A stretch of DNA of 64,000 nucleotides from Acidobacteriota bacterium (GTDB lineage Bacteria; Acidobacteriota; UBA6911; RPQK01; JAJDTT01): the NCBI GenBank assembly GCA_965209055.1, contig OZ242374.1, positions 1,120,001-1,184,000 of the forward strand, in the 5' to 3' direction. Position 1 is the stretch's first letter. Each line of letters opens with the position of its first letter. The notes under the pieces are model-generated. The model was given only the letters and a program-made list of their open reading frames with translations, was not told the DNA's origin and ran no database searches. Below are positions 9,631 to 19,147 of this stretch, piece after piece. Made by a program: the position numbers and the translations under genes.

Positions 9631-11343
9631 ATGGTCAAACTGGCTGAGTTGAAGGAAAAGGCCCTCTTCGGAGAGGTGCTGGCGGAGCGGGGGATCATCT
9701 CGTCCGAGGAACTGGGCACGGCCCGCAATCTCCAGAGGCAGTCCCGGGAGAAGCTGGGGAAGCTGCTCATCGACATGGGCGCTCTCTCGGAGACCGATCT
9801 GGTCAAGCACCTGAGCGAGTACCTGGAGATCCCCTACGTCGTCGCCGAGAGCTTCCCCACGGTCCCGGTGGTGGAGAACACCTTCTCCGTGCAGTTCATG
9901 CGGGAGTGCAAGTTCGTTCCCGTCGGCGCCGACGACGGAGAGTTGACCATCGCCATGGTCGACCCGCTGGACCGCTCCACCCTGGATGCCATCCGCCTCT
10001 ACACCCGCTACGACCGGGTTACGGTGGTCCTGGCCCCGGAGAGCGAGATCCTGGATCTGATCGAGCGCTTCTACGGCAACCAGGCGTCGAGCCTGGGGCG
10101 CATCGTGGAGGGGATCGACGCCGACGTGGAGGGCCTGGGGGATGACACCGACGACGTGGAGCATCTCAAGGACCTGGCTTCCGAAGCTCCCGTCATCCGA
10201 CTGGTCAACCTGATCCTGTCCCGGGCCATCGAGTCCCGCGCCTCCGACATCCATATCGAGCCCTTCGAACGGGAGCTCAAGGTGCGCTACCGCATCGACG
10301 GCGTCCTCTACGACGTCGAGTCGCCGCCCAAGCGGCTGAAGGCCGCCACCATCTCCCGCATCAAGATCATGGCGAAGCTCAACATCGCCGAGCGCCGGAT
10401 CCCCCAGGACGGCCGGATCAAGATGAAGGTCCTGGGCAAGGACGTGGACCTCCGCGTCTCCACGCTGCCGACCATGTATGGGGAGAGCGTGGTCATGCGG
10501 ATCCTGGACAAGAGCAACACCCAGATCTACGACCTGGAGAAGCTGGGATTCGCGTCCGAAACCTACGAAGCGTTCCAGAAACTGATCCTGCGGCCCCACG
10601 GGATCATCCTGGTGACGGGCCCCACCGGCAGCGGCAAGACCACGACCCTTTACGGCGCCCTCAGCAAGATCAATCTCCCCGACAAGAAGATCATCACCAT
10701 CGAGGACCCGGTGGAGTACCAGATCAACGGCATCAACCAGATCCACGTCAATCCGCGGATCGGGCTGACCTTCGCCGCCGGGCTCCGTTCCATCGTCCGC
10801 CAGGATCCGGACGTCATCATGGTGGGTGAGATCCGGGATCTGGAGACGGCGGAGATCGCCATCCGCGCCGCCCTGACCGGCCACCTGGTGTTCAGCACAC
10901 TGCACACCAACGACGCTCCCAGCGCCATCGCCCGGCTGGTGGACATGGGGGCCCAGGACTATCTGCTGGCCTCCTCGGTCCTGGGCGTGCTGGCCCAGCG
11001 GCTGGTCCGGGTCGTCTGCCCCCATTGCCGTCAGGAGCAGTTGCTGGAGCCGGGATTCCTCAGGGAGATCGGCTTCCCGCTGCAGTCGGGGGTCGCCGCC
11101 TCCCAGGGAATGGGTTGCAAGGAGTGCGACCACACGGGATATCAGGGCCGGGTCGGGATCTTCGAACTGATGCTGATGCGGGAGCCGATCCGGAGGCTCA
11201 CCATCACCAACGCCGACTCCACCCGGTTGCGGAAGGCGGCCCTGGAGGGCGGGATGGCGGCGTTGCGCCAGGACGGTTTCGAGAAGGTCAAGTCCGGACT
11301 GACCTCCGTCTCCGAGGTGTTGCGAGTGACCCAGGACGCGTAG
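9631..11343 (+). CDS. gspE: Type II secretion ATPase
   Basis: GPTGSGKTTT, TIEDPVE, RQDPDVIMVGEIRD, STLHTND and tetracysteine motif. Confidence 0.95.
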   Translation: MVKLAELKEKALFGEVLAERGIISSEELGTARNLQRQSREKLGKLLIDMGALSETDLVKHLSEYLEIPYVVAESFPTVPVVENTFSVQFMRECKFVPVGADDGELTIAMVDPLDRSTLDAIRLYTRYDRVTVVLAPESEILDLIERFYGNQASSLGRIVEGIDADVEGLGDDTDDVEHLKDLASEAPVIRLVNLILSRAIESRASDIHIEPFERELKVRYRIDGVLYDVESPPKRLKAATISRIKIMAKLNIAERRIPQDGRIKMKVLGKDVDLRVSTLPTMYGESVVMRILDKSNTQIYDLEKLGFASETYEAFQKLILRPHGIILVTGPTGSGKTTTLYGALSKINLPDKKIITIEDPVEYQINGINQIHVNPRIGLTFAAGLRSIVRQDPDVIMVGEIRDLETAEIAIRAALTGHLVFSTLHTNDAPSAIARLVDMGAQDYLLASSVLGVLAQRLVRVVCPHCRQEQLLEPGFLREIGFPLQSGVAASQGMGCKECDHTGYQGRVGIFELMLMREPIRRLTITNADSTRLRKAALEGGMAALRQDGFEKVKSGLTSVSEVLRVTQDA

Positions 11344-11425
11344 GGGGGGCGGCGGTTTCCTAACCGCCGATTCTTTGCGAGTGACCCAGGACGCGTAGGG
11401 GCGCCCCTCGCTGGCGCCCTCTTCG
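11320..11425. repeat. 27-bp direct repeat of the gspE 3' end flanking a REP, followed by a GTAG-type palindrome
   Basis: TTGCGAGTGACCCAGGACGCGTAGGGG at 11320-11346 and 11375-11401. Confidence 0.85.
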
Positions 11426-11467
11426 ATCCTCGGCAGGATCGGCAATTTGAACCGAAGGAACTGAATT

Positions 11468-12697
11468 TTGGCTTTCTTCCAATACAAAGCGGTCACCGCC
11501 GACGGCCGTGTCATCGAAGGAACCTTGGAGGCGGCGGACGTGCGCGGCGTCACCTCGCGCCTCCGGGAGCAGGGCCAGTTCCCGGTGACCATCTCCTCCG
11601 CGGGCGCCTCCGAGTCGGGCGGCCTGCTGGGCCGCGAGATCAAGCTCCCCTGGCGCCGCAATCGAGTCCCGCAGGCCGACCTCATGGTCTTCACCCAGGA
11701 ACTCTCCACCCTGGTGAAGGCGGGTCTGCCCCTGGACCGGAGCCTGGGCGTGCTGGGCGAGTTGACCGAAAACCGCCATCTGCGCGACGTGGTCAAGGAA
11801 TTGCTGCGGGAGATCAAGGGGGGCAAGTCCCTTTCCGAGGGCATGGCCATGCACCCCCACATCTTCCCCAAGATCTACGTGAACATGGTTCGCGCGGGTG
11901 AGATCGGCGGCGCCCTGGACAAGATCCTGGAGCGTCTGCAGGAGTACCTGGAGCGCTCCGAAGAGCTGCGGAACTACTTCGTCTCGTCCCTCATCTACCC
12001 ACTGGTCCTGGCGCTGGTGGGCGGAGCCTCCATCATCGTCATGATCAGCTTCGTCATCCCCAAGTTCGCGGACATCTTCGAGAACGCCGGAGCTCCCATA
12101 CCCCTGCCCATGAAGATCATGCTGGCCGCCGGCGACGTCATGACCGGATACTGGTGGCTGATCCTGCTGGGAGGGATCGCCGTCTTCCAGCTCTTCAAGC
12201 GCTACCTCCGCACCGAGAAGGGAAGGCTCAACTGGGATGCCCGGTTGCTGAAGCTCCCCCTCCTGGGGTCCATCTTCCGCAAGATGGAGGTCAGCCGTTT
12301 CAGCCGGACCCTGGGGACCCTGCTGCGCAGCACCGTGCCCCTGATCCAGGCCATGAACATCGTCAAGGAGGTGATCGGGAACCAGGCCATCGCCTCCACC
12401 ATGGAGTCGGTCAAGTCGGGCATCAAGAAGGGAGAGGGCCTGACCAAGCCCATCCGCGATGCGGACATCTTTCCTCCCTTCGCCCTGCATCTGCTGGCGG
12501 TGGGCGAGGAGACGGGCCGCCTGGACGCCATGCTGCTCCAGATCGCCGAGGCCTACGACCGCGACCTGCGCACGGCGCTCAAGCGGTTCGTGGCCCTGTT
12601 CGAGCCGGTGCTCATCCTGTTCATGGGCCTGGTCATCGGCACCATGGTGGTCTCCATGCTCTATTCCATATTCAGCATCAACGACGTCCCGCTTTAG
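11468..12697 (+). CDS. gspF: Type II secretion inner membrane platform protein
   Basis: FQYKA start, RAGEIGG and VGEETG motifs, three TM segments. Confidence 0.95.
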   Translation: MAFFQYKAVTADGRVIEGTLEAADVRGVTSRLREQGQFPVTISSAGASESGGLLGREIKLPWRRNRVPQADLMVFTQELSTLVKAGLPLDRSLGVLGELTENRHLRDVVKELLREIKGGKSLSEGMAMHPHIFPKIYVNMVRAGEIGGALDKILERLQEYLERSEELRNYFVSSLIYPLVLALVGGASIIVMISFVIPKFADIFENAGAPIPLPMKIMLAAGDVMTGYWWLILLGGIAVFQLFKRYLRTEKGRLNWDARLLKLPLLGSIFRKMEVSRFSRTLGTLLRSTVPLIQAMNIVKEVIGNQAIASTMESVKSGIKKGEGLTKPIRDADIFPPFALHLLAVGEETGRLDAMLLQIAEAYDRDLRTALKRFVALFEPVLILFMGLVIGTMVVSMLYSIFSINDVPL

Positions 12698-12712
12698 GAA
12701 AAATCAGAGGAG

Positions 12713-13174
12713 GTGCTCGTGAGACGGACAGTCGGCCAACCGGTCAAGGTCATGGAAACGGAAGACAGGAAACGGAATCGGGGGTTCTCGCTGATCGAGC
12801 TCATCGTGGTGCTGGTGATCCTGGGACTTCTGGCCACGGTGGTGGGTCCCAAGGTGATGGAGCGCCTGGGCCGGGGCAAGAGCGAGATCGCCAAGCTCCA
12901 GATCGACCAGTTCGAAGGCGCCCTGGGGCTCTTTCGTTTTGACGTGGGCCGCTACCCCACCTCGTCCGAAGGCCTCACCAGCCTGCTGGAGAATGCCGGC
13001 CTCCACAATTGGAGCGGCCCCTACCTGGACAAGCGGACCCTCCCCAACGACCCCTGGGGCCGTGAGTACCAGTACCGCTCGCCGGGTCAGTACGGAGACT
13101 ACGACCTCTGGAGCTGGGGCGCGGACGGCGTGGAAGGAGGCGAATCCGACAGCGCCGACGTCACCTCATGGTAA
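12713..13174 (+). CDS. gspG: Major pseudopilin
   Basis: GFSLIEL prepilin motif, WSGPYL and DPWG. Start could be 12719 or 12752. Confidence 0.95.
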   Translation: MLVRRTVGQPVKVMETEDRKRNRGFSLIELIVVLVILGLLATVVGPKVMERLGRGKSEIAKLQIDQFEGALGLFRFDVGRYPTSSEGLTSLLENAGLHNWSGPYLDKRTLPNDPWGREYQYRSPGQYGDYDLWSWGADGVEGGESDSADVTSW

Positions 13175-13743
13175 GGGGGAGCGGCGGTTTCCAGCCGCCG
13201 AAGGAACGGCGGTTTCCAACCGCCGAAAGCGAAGCGCTCCCGCAACGCAACATGACCCAAGCCAAAGCCCCTGCCCCCTCCGCCTTCACCCTGGTCGAGA
13301 TCCTCGTCCTCCTGGTCATCATGGGCCTGGCGGCCATGCTGATCCTGCCGTCCTTCACCTCCGGCCTCCAGGGGCTGGAGCTGGAGGCCGCCTGCCGCGA
13401 TCTGGCGACGCACATGAAGCGGGCCCGTTTCGAGGCCATCGGCCGCCACACCGTCCGCCGCATCATCGTGGCCCAGGACGACATGGGACTCGGCTACTAC
13501 GTCCTGGCCAACGAGTTCGGAGAGGAGATCGGCAGCGTGGTTCTCCCGGACGGAATCGTGCCCCGGACCATTGACCAGGCACCGCTGCCGTGGCGGGTCA
13601 ACTTCTACTCCAACGGCCGCAGCTCGGGCGGCGCCATCGGCCTGGTCAACCGGCAGGAAAAGCGCCTCTACGTCACCGCCGACCCCGTCACCGGCCTGGC
13701 CAAGGTGTCGCCGATCCTCGTATCGCAGGGGAGGCCGAGGTGA
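13168..13743 (+). CDS. gspH: Minor pseudopilin GspH-like
   Basis: AFTLVEIL motif and FYSNGRSSGG. Start is 13168 (reading through REPs) or 13252. Confidence 0.85.
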   Translation: MVRGSGGFQPPKERRFPTAESEALPQRNMTQAKAPAPSAFTLVEILVLLVIMGLAAMLILPSFTSGLQGLELEAACRDLATHMKRARFEAIGRHTVRRIIVAQDDMGLGYYVLANEFGEEIGSVVLPDGIVPRTIDQAPLPWRVNFYSNGRSSGGAIGLVNRQEKRLYVTADPVTGLAKVSPILVSQGRPR

Positions 13744-14324
13744 AGCTGGAATTCGGCCGCACGAATGCCGCCGCTTCGCTCCGCTCCCCCGGCGGTAGGA
13801 AAACCGCCGGGCCCGGGTCGCTTCGCTCCCCCGGCGACAGGAAAGTCGCCGCTCCATGCCGCTCCCATGCGGGATTCACCCTCCTGGAGGTCCTGGTCGC
13901 GGTCTCCATTCTCGGCTTGGGCGTCGCCGTCACCATGCAGACCTTCTCGGGTGGCCTGAAGAACGTCCGGCGGATCGATCTCGCCCATCAGGCCATGGAA
14001 CACGCCGAGAACATCATGAACCGACTGCTCAGCGACGAGGACCTGGTGGGCCCCATCCAACTGGACGGCAACCTGGACGACGAGTTCGACTACACGGCCA
14101 TGGTGGACTTCTGGGACCCGCCCCGGCGGGGCCTCTCCCTGGAGATCGCCCTCCCGCCCGTGAACCTCCTGCTGGTGGAAGTCCGGGTGCGCTACAAGAA
14201 CGACAGCCGCGGCAAGTTCTACACCGCCCGCTGCCTCAAGCTGGTCCCCGATCCCAACGCCGCCCCGGCGAACCGGGGAGGGTCTCAAAGTGAAATGGAA
14301 AGGATCCTCCGTGGCGGACGGTAG
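13740..14324 (+). CDS. gspI: Minor pseudopilin GspI-like with REP-derived leader
   Basis: GTG overlaps the gspH stop with GGAGG upstream; GFTLLEVLVA motif. Confidence 0.85.
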   Translation: MKLEFGRTNAAASLRSPGGRKTAGPGSLRSPGDRKVAAPCRSHAGFTLLEVLVAVSILGLGVAVTMQTFSGGLKNVRRIDLAHQAMEHAENIMNRLLSDEDLVGPIQLDGNLDDEFDYTAMVDFWDPPRRGLSLEIALPPVNLLLVEVRVRYKNDSRGKFYTARCLKLVPDPNAAPANRGGSQSEMERILRGGR

Positions 14325-15102
14325 CGGAGCGGCGACTTTCCTGTCGCCGGGGGAGCGAAGCGACCCGGGAGCGGCGGTTTTCCTACCGCCGCAAGCGGAG
14401 CGTCCCGGAGACGCCGGCTTCACCCTCATGGAACTCGTCGTCGCCTTCACCATCCTGGGACTGGTGGCCGGAATCGTTTTCTCCTCCTTCCGCCTGGCTC
14501 TCAACAGCTACCAGAAGAGCCAGACCCGCCTGGAGGAGGAGGCGGCCGAGAGAATCCTCGGCGACCAGGTCAAACGCCAGGTCGCGTCCCTCTACCCCCT
14601 GCGCCCGGTGGCCCCGCCGGACCGGACGGGGTTGGGCCCGGTGGAATCTCCCACCCGCTTCCAGACGCCGCTCTTCTTCGGCGCCCCCGATTCGGTCACC
14701 TTCATCACCGTGGCGCCGCTGGTCATGCATGAGACGCCGGGACTGACGGTGGTCCGCTACGGACTGGCCGAAGACGAGTACGGAGACCGCTACATGGGCT
14801 CCATGGAGGCCCAGTTCGTGGGCCTGGACAGCTTCAACGCCATGGTCCGGATCCCGGGCGGGAAGCCGCTTCCCCTGATCCGGGGCATCGACGCGCTGGA
14901 GTTCCAGTACTACGGATACGACCCCCGCCAGCGGGCGTTCGCCTGGTTCTCCGAATGGCTGGGAGAGGAAATGCAGTCCGTGCCTCGGGCCATCCGCATC
15001 GTTCATAACAGAGGGGAGGTCTTCGCCTCCGTCAACGCCAGCTTCATCGGGCGCCGGGGAAGGTCGAACCGGGTGTTCGGAACGGCGGGGGATCAACAAT
15101 GA
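14290..15102 (+). CDS. gspJ: Minor pseudopilin GspJ-like with REP-derived leader
   Basis: GFTLMELVVA motif. Start is GTG 14290 or 14311. Confidence 0.85.
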   Translation: MKWKGSSVADGSGAATFLSPGERSDPGAAVFLPPQAERPGDAGFTLMELVVAFTILGLVAGIVFSSFRLALNSYQKSQTRLEEEAAERILGDQVKRQVASLYPLRPVAPPDRTGLGPVESPTRFQTPLFFGAPDSVTFITVAPLVMHETPGLTVVRYGLAEDEYGDRYMGSMEAQFVGLDSFNAMVRIPGGKPLPLIRGIDALEFQYYGYDPRQRAFAWFSEWLGEEMQSVPRAIRIVHNRGEVFASVNASFIGRRGRSNRVFGTAGDQQ

Positions 15103-16103
15103 GCAATCGATGGAGCGCCGGCGACGCCGAACGGGGCGCGGTCCTCATCATCGTCCTCTGGGTGATGCTGGCCCTGGGACTCTTGGCGCTGAGCTTCGGA
15201 GCGGCGATCCGCACCGAAATCGACGCCACCCGCAACCTGGTGGAGCAGAAGCGGGCGCACTACCTGGCCCGGGCCGGAATCGACTATGCCGTCTATCGGA
15301 TCATCGAATCCCAGATGGCCTTTGCCCAGAGCCGGCAGCGCATGGAACTGGGTCCGGGATCGGTCCCCGAAGTCATGACCGGCGCCGTCACCCTCCAGTT
15401 GGGACCCGATCTCGCCGACGTGCAGGTGGTGGACGAGACCGGGAAGATCAACCTGAACACCGCTCCGTCCCACTTGATCTACAACCTCCTGATCACGGTG
15501 GGAATGGAGCCGGGCGACGCCGACAGGCTCACCGATGCCATCGAGGACTGGAGGGACCCCGACGAGTTCTTCCGGCCCAACGGGGCCGAGAGCGACTACT
15601 ATCTTTCACTCCCGCAGCCCTACTACGCCAAGAACGGTCCCTTCGACGTCCCCGAAGAGCTGCTCCTGGTGCGGGGCGTGACGCCCGAGATCTACTACGG
15701 CCGCAAGGGGCTCACGCCCGAGGGCGACCGGGTCGAATACTTCGGGCTGGGCAAGTACCTGACCGTCTTCAGCCAGGTGAACCGGATCAACGTCAACTCG
15801 GCGCCGGTCCCGGTCCTGGCCGCCATCCCCGGCCTGACCTACGAGACGGCTCTGGTCATCGACGAGATGCGCCGCCAGTTTCCCCTGGGCGACGTGAGCA
15901 CCGCGTTGACCCAAATCCCCGGCCTGCCCACGGACACGGCCTCCTATCTTTCGACCCTTCGATCCAACGTCTACAGCCTGATCAGCACCGGACGCCTTTC
16001 GGGTTCGGAAGTGATCGGCCGCATCAACGCCGTGATCCAGGTCGGAGTCGGAATCAAGCAGTATGCTGTCCTCTACTGGAATGAAGCGAACACGGAACTC
16101 TAA
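15099..16103 (+). CDS. gspK: Minor pseudopilin GspK
   Basis: RGAVLIIVLW, DETGKINLN, DWRDPD and RINVNSAP motifs. Confidence 0.92.
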   Translation: MSNRWSAGDAERGAVLIIVLWVMLALGLLALSFGAAIRTEIDATRNLVEQKRAHYLARAGIDYAVYRIIESQMAFAQSRQRMELGPGSVPEVMTGAVTLQLGPDLADVQVVDETGKINLNTAPSHLIYNLLITVGMEPGDADRLTDAIEDWRDPDEFFRPNGAESDYYLSLPQPYYAKNGPFDVPEELLLVRGVTPEIYYGRKGLTPEGDRVEYFGLGKYLTVFSQVNRINVNSAPVPVLAAIPGLTYETALVIDEMRRQFPLGDVSTALTQIPGLPTDTASYLSTLRSNVYSLISTGRLSGSEVIGRINAVIQVGVGIKQYAVLYWNEANTEL

Positions 16104-16170
16104 GGAGCGGCGGTTTTCCTACCGCCGAGGGAGCGAAGCGACCCAGGATCGGCGACTTTCCTGTCGCCGA
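16104..16170. repeat. REP doublet between gspK and gspL
   Basis: GGAGCGGCGGTTTTCCTACCGCC and GGCGACTTTCCTGTCGCC. Confidence 0.85.
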
Positions 16171-16215
16171 AAGCGAATCGTCCCCGACCCCTCCCCCACG
16201 AGGTGAAATAGAACC

Positions 16216-17616
16216 ATGAGATTCAGCTTGGGCGCCGCCCTCGGCATCGAAGTCCACGGCCCGGACCTGGTCCTCGCCGTCGTCCGAAAGGGTTTCCGCC
16301 ATTTCGAGCTCCAGGACCACGCCGTCATCGAGGATTTCCGGACTCTGCCACCGGGCCGGCTCCGGGAGCGGATCCGCCAGTCCGTCCGGTCCTACGGCGC
16401 GCTCAAGGACCGGATCGTCCTGGGGGTTCCCCGTGACGAGGCCGTCGTCCGGTGGCTGGAACTTCCGCTGGAGGTGGAAGAGAACCTGGATCAGATGGTC
16501 CAGTTTCAAGTGGAGCGCCTGGAACCCACCGAGGAGAACGGGTCCTACTACGAATACCAGGTGCTGGAGAAGGACGAGGCCACAGGCAAGCTGCTGATCC
16601 AGATCACCATGCTGCCGCGGGCCACGCTGGACCGGTATCTGGAGATCCTCCAGCCCGCCGACCTCTACCCCGTGGCCATCCGCCTGTCCAGCATCGCCTA
16701 CCACCAGGTTCTGCTGGCTCACGCCGACGGACTGCCCGCGAAGCAGCCTTGCCTGGCCCTGGCTCTGAACCCCGGTTCCATCGAGATGGTGCTGATCTCC
16801 GGCTCCAGCAAGTATTTCTCCCAGAAGGTGGGGCTGGGGGAAGGGGAGGCGCAGACGCTGTCGTCGATCCTGCGCCACGTGGACGCCTTTCTCTCCCAAG
16901 TCAGTCCGTTGGGCGGCGAGCTTCGCAAGATCTACCTGAGCGGCTCACTGGCCCGCTCTCTCCTGGGCGAGTTCCGGGCCCGCTTCGAGGATTGCGAGCT
17001 GCTCCGCACGCATCTTCAATTGGCCCCCGGGAGCGTCCGGGCGGAGGCGGTGGAACCCTTTCTGCCGGCCGCCGGCCTGGCCATTTCAGGCCTGACCCGG
17101 TCGGGGCCCGCCCGGTACAACCTGATTCCGGAGGAGAAGCGCCTGGTGCTGGAACGGTCCAGCATGTTGCCGACGGCGCTGCTGGCCGGACTCCTGGCCG
17201 TGATGGCCGTGGCCCTGCTGGGCAGGGATTATTTCCAGCAGTCCGATCTGACCCACCAGATCCAGGTGGAGCTCAACGCCCTCCAGCCCAGGATCCAGGA
17301 GGTCATGGAGCTGCGGGAGAGGACCCGCCGGGCCGAACTCCGGCTGGCCGAGCTGCAGGAGTTGATGCAGGGCCGGGAGAAGGTCCTGGGCATCCTGCGC
17401 GAAATGACGGAGAAGACCCCCGACGACGCGTTCCTGGACCAGCTTTCGATACGAGGAGAACAGGTCACCATGGTGGGCTACGCGTCGTCGGCGTCCGGGC
17501 TCCTGTCCAACCTCACCACCACCGAGTCGCTGGACACCGTCGAACCCCGGAACATCGCGCCCGCCAGGGGGATGGGGGATCGGGAGAAGTTCACCTTCGA
17601 CGCCACGTCCAAGTGA
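16216..17616 (+). CDS. gspL: GspL/PilMN-like assembly protein
   Basis: Actin-like N-terminus (LGIEV), NLIP motif, TM helix and PilN-like periplasmic part; operon position. Confidence 0.75.
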   Translation: MRFSLGAALGIEVHGPDLVLAVVRKGFRHFELQDHAVIEDFRTLPPGRLRERIRQSVRSYGALKDRIVLGVPRDEAVVRWLELPLEVEENLDQMVQFQVERLEPTEENGSYYEYQVLEKDEATGKLLIQITMLPRATLDRYLEILQPADLYPVAIRLSSIAYHQVLLAHADGLPAKQPCLALALNPGSIEMVLISGSSKYFSQKVGLGEGEAQTLSSILRHVDAFLSQVSPLGGELRKIYLSGSLARSLLGEFRARFEDCELLRTHLQLAPGSVRAEAVEPFLPAAGLAISGLTRSGPARYNLIPEEKRLVLERSSMLPTALLAGLLAVMAVALLGRDYFQQSDLTHQIQVELNALQPRIQEVMELRERTRRAELRLAELQELMQGREKVLGILREMTEKTPDDAFLDQLSIRGEQVTMVGYASSASGLLSNLTTTESLDTVEPRNIAPARGMGDREKFTFDATSK

Positions 17617-17625
17617 AAGGGAACC

Positions 17626-18216
17626 ATGAGGAAGCTGACACTCAGAGAACGGCGCATTCTGCAGGGAGGGGGGCTGACGGCAGCGGTCGTGCTGGTCTAC
17701 TTCTTTGCGGTGGAACCCTTCAATGAAGCCCGGGCCTCCATCCCGGCCGAACTGGAGACCAAGGCCAAGTTGCTGCAGCGTTCAAGGCAGCTCCTCTCTC
17801 AGCGGGACTACTACCGGTCCCGGAGCGACGAGCTGGAGCGGCGGGTCCAGCAGTACGAGAATCGCTTCATCGACGCCGAGAATTCCAGCGACGCCACCAC
17901 CAAGGTCGAGCTGGCGGTGCGGGATCTGGCGTCCCGGCTGGGAATCACCATCGCCCGGAGCAGCCGGGTCCAGGAGCGGGTCCTGGACGACCGCTACGCC
18001 AGGATCACGCTGAGAGTGAATCTCCGGGCCGACCTGCGGCAGGTGTTGGAGTTCGTCCACGCCGTTTCGAACTACCCCAAGTTCCTCAAGGTTGAGAACC
18101 TGGAGCTCCGGGTCGCAAGGGTCAGAGGCAAGCGCCGCCTCAACCCCAGCATGCACGTCTCGGGGCTGATTCAACTTTCTCCCGCGCCGGGCATCTCTAC
18201 CAGGAGCGGAACATGA
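17626..18216 (+). CDS. gspM: GspM/PilO-like protein
   Basis: LTLRERRIL followed by a TM helix and coiled coil; operon position. Confidence 0.75.
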   Translation: MRKLTLRERRILQGGGLTAAVVLVYFFAVEPFNEARASIPAELETKAKLLQRSRQLLSQRDYYRSRSDELERRVQQYENRFIDAENSSDATTKVELAVRDLASRLGITIARSSRVQERVLDDRYARITLRVNLRADLRQVLEFVHAVSNYPKFLKVENLELRVARVRGKRRLNPSMHVSGLIQLSPAPGISTRSGT

Positions 18217-19010
18217 GGCAGGGAATCGTTTTGCTCAACCTGTTGCTGGTGGCGGGCGTCGGCCTGCTGGGAGAGCGCCTGATCTCGAATTGGCGCCATT
18301 TCCAGGAGTCCACCCGTCAGGAGGTCTATCAGCGGATCAACCGGAGTCCCGAGCGGCCGGAGGAAGCGTCGTTCCGGCAGGAACCGGCGCGGCCCATCAA
18401 CCACTACCTGGAGATCCACGAGCGGAACCTCTTCAACCCCGAACGCCGGCCGGAGGAGGAGGAGGCCGGCGCGGAGGAGATCGCCGTCCAGAAGCCCCCT
18501 CCACTGCCCATCAAGCCGACGCTGCACGGCGTCTCCACCATCCGCGGCGAGCAGAGGGCGTTTCTGACCGTTTTCGCGGGGAAGAAGAACCAGGGCGAGT
18601 CCCGGACGGTGATGCTGGGAGACATGGTGCAGGGGTACCGGGTGGGCGAGATCACGCCGACCACGGTCACGCTGGTATGGAATCATCACACCGAGCTGAT
18701 TGACATCATGGACTCCAGGAAGGGCAAGCAGCCCAAGAAATCGGCGGCCAACAAGGGCGGCGCCGGCGCGGTCAACATCGTGACCGTCGGCTCCACCCGG
18801 GCTGCGGTGGAGACGGTGGCCGCATCGGTCCCGCCCGCCGAAGAGGGGGCGCGCGCGGCCGTGAGTCCCGCCGCCGGCCAACAACGGGTCCGGTCCGGCG
18901 GAGCCGCCGCCCGGGGCCGAACCACCCTCACGGGCCGCCAGGGCGCCGCCCGCGGCCGCACCAGCACCGCCAGGCGTTCCGTCTATGGCACCGCCGCGAC
19001 CCGGAGATGA
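18213..19010 (+). CDS. GspC-like protein
   Basis: N-terminal TM, RNLFNPER and LHGV...GDMVQGYRVGEI (HR-like); precedes the secretin. Confidence 0.65.
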   Translation: MRQGIVLLNLLLVAGVGLLGERLISNWRHFQESTRQEVYQRINRSPERPEEASFRQEPARPINHYLEIHERNLFNPERRPEEEEAGAEEIAVQKPPPLPIKPTLHGVSTIRGEQRAFLTVFAGKKNQGESRTVMLGDMVQGYRVGEITPTTVTLVWNHHTELIDIMDSRKGKQPKKSAANKGGAGAVNIVTVGSTRAAVETVAASVPPAEEGARAAVSPAAGQQRVRSGGAAARGRTTLTGRQGAARGRTSTARRSVYGTAATRR

Positions 19011-19011
19011 G

Positions 19012-19092
19012 GAGGGGGGGCGGGGGCGGCGGTTTCCAACCGCCGATTCTTATATCCCATGCGAATCACGCGATCGGAAATCGCCCCTCCCG
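19012..19092. repeat. REP doublet
   Basis: GGCGGTTTCCAACCGCC and GCGATCGGAAATCGCCCTCC. Confidence 0.8.
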
Positions 19093-19147
19093 CCATGATT
19101 TCGAAATCTATACGTGACCCAATGACGACTCAAAAGAGGTTCAAATA

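Noticed and set aside
9262-11871. Long antisense ORFs (869 aa here, and similar ones opposite other genes)
   Set aside because: Shadow frames of high-GC genes with no recognisable motifs.
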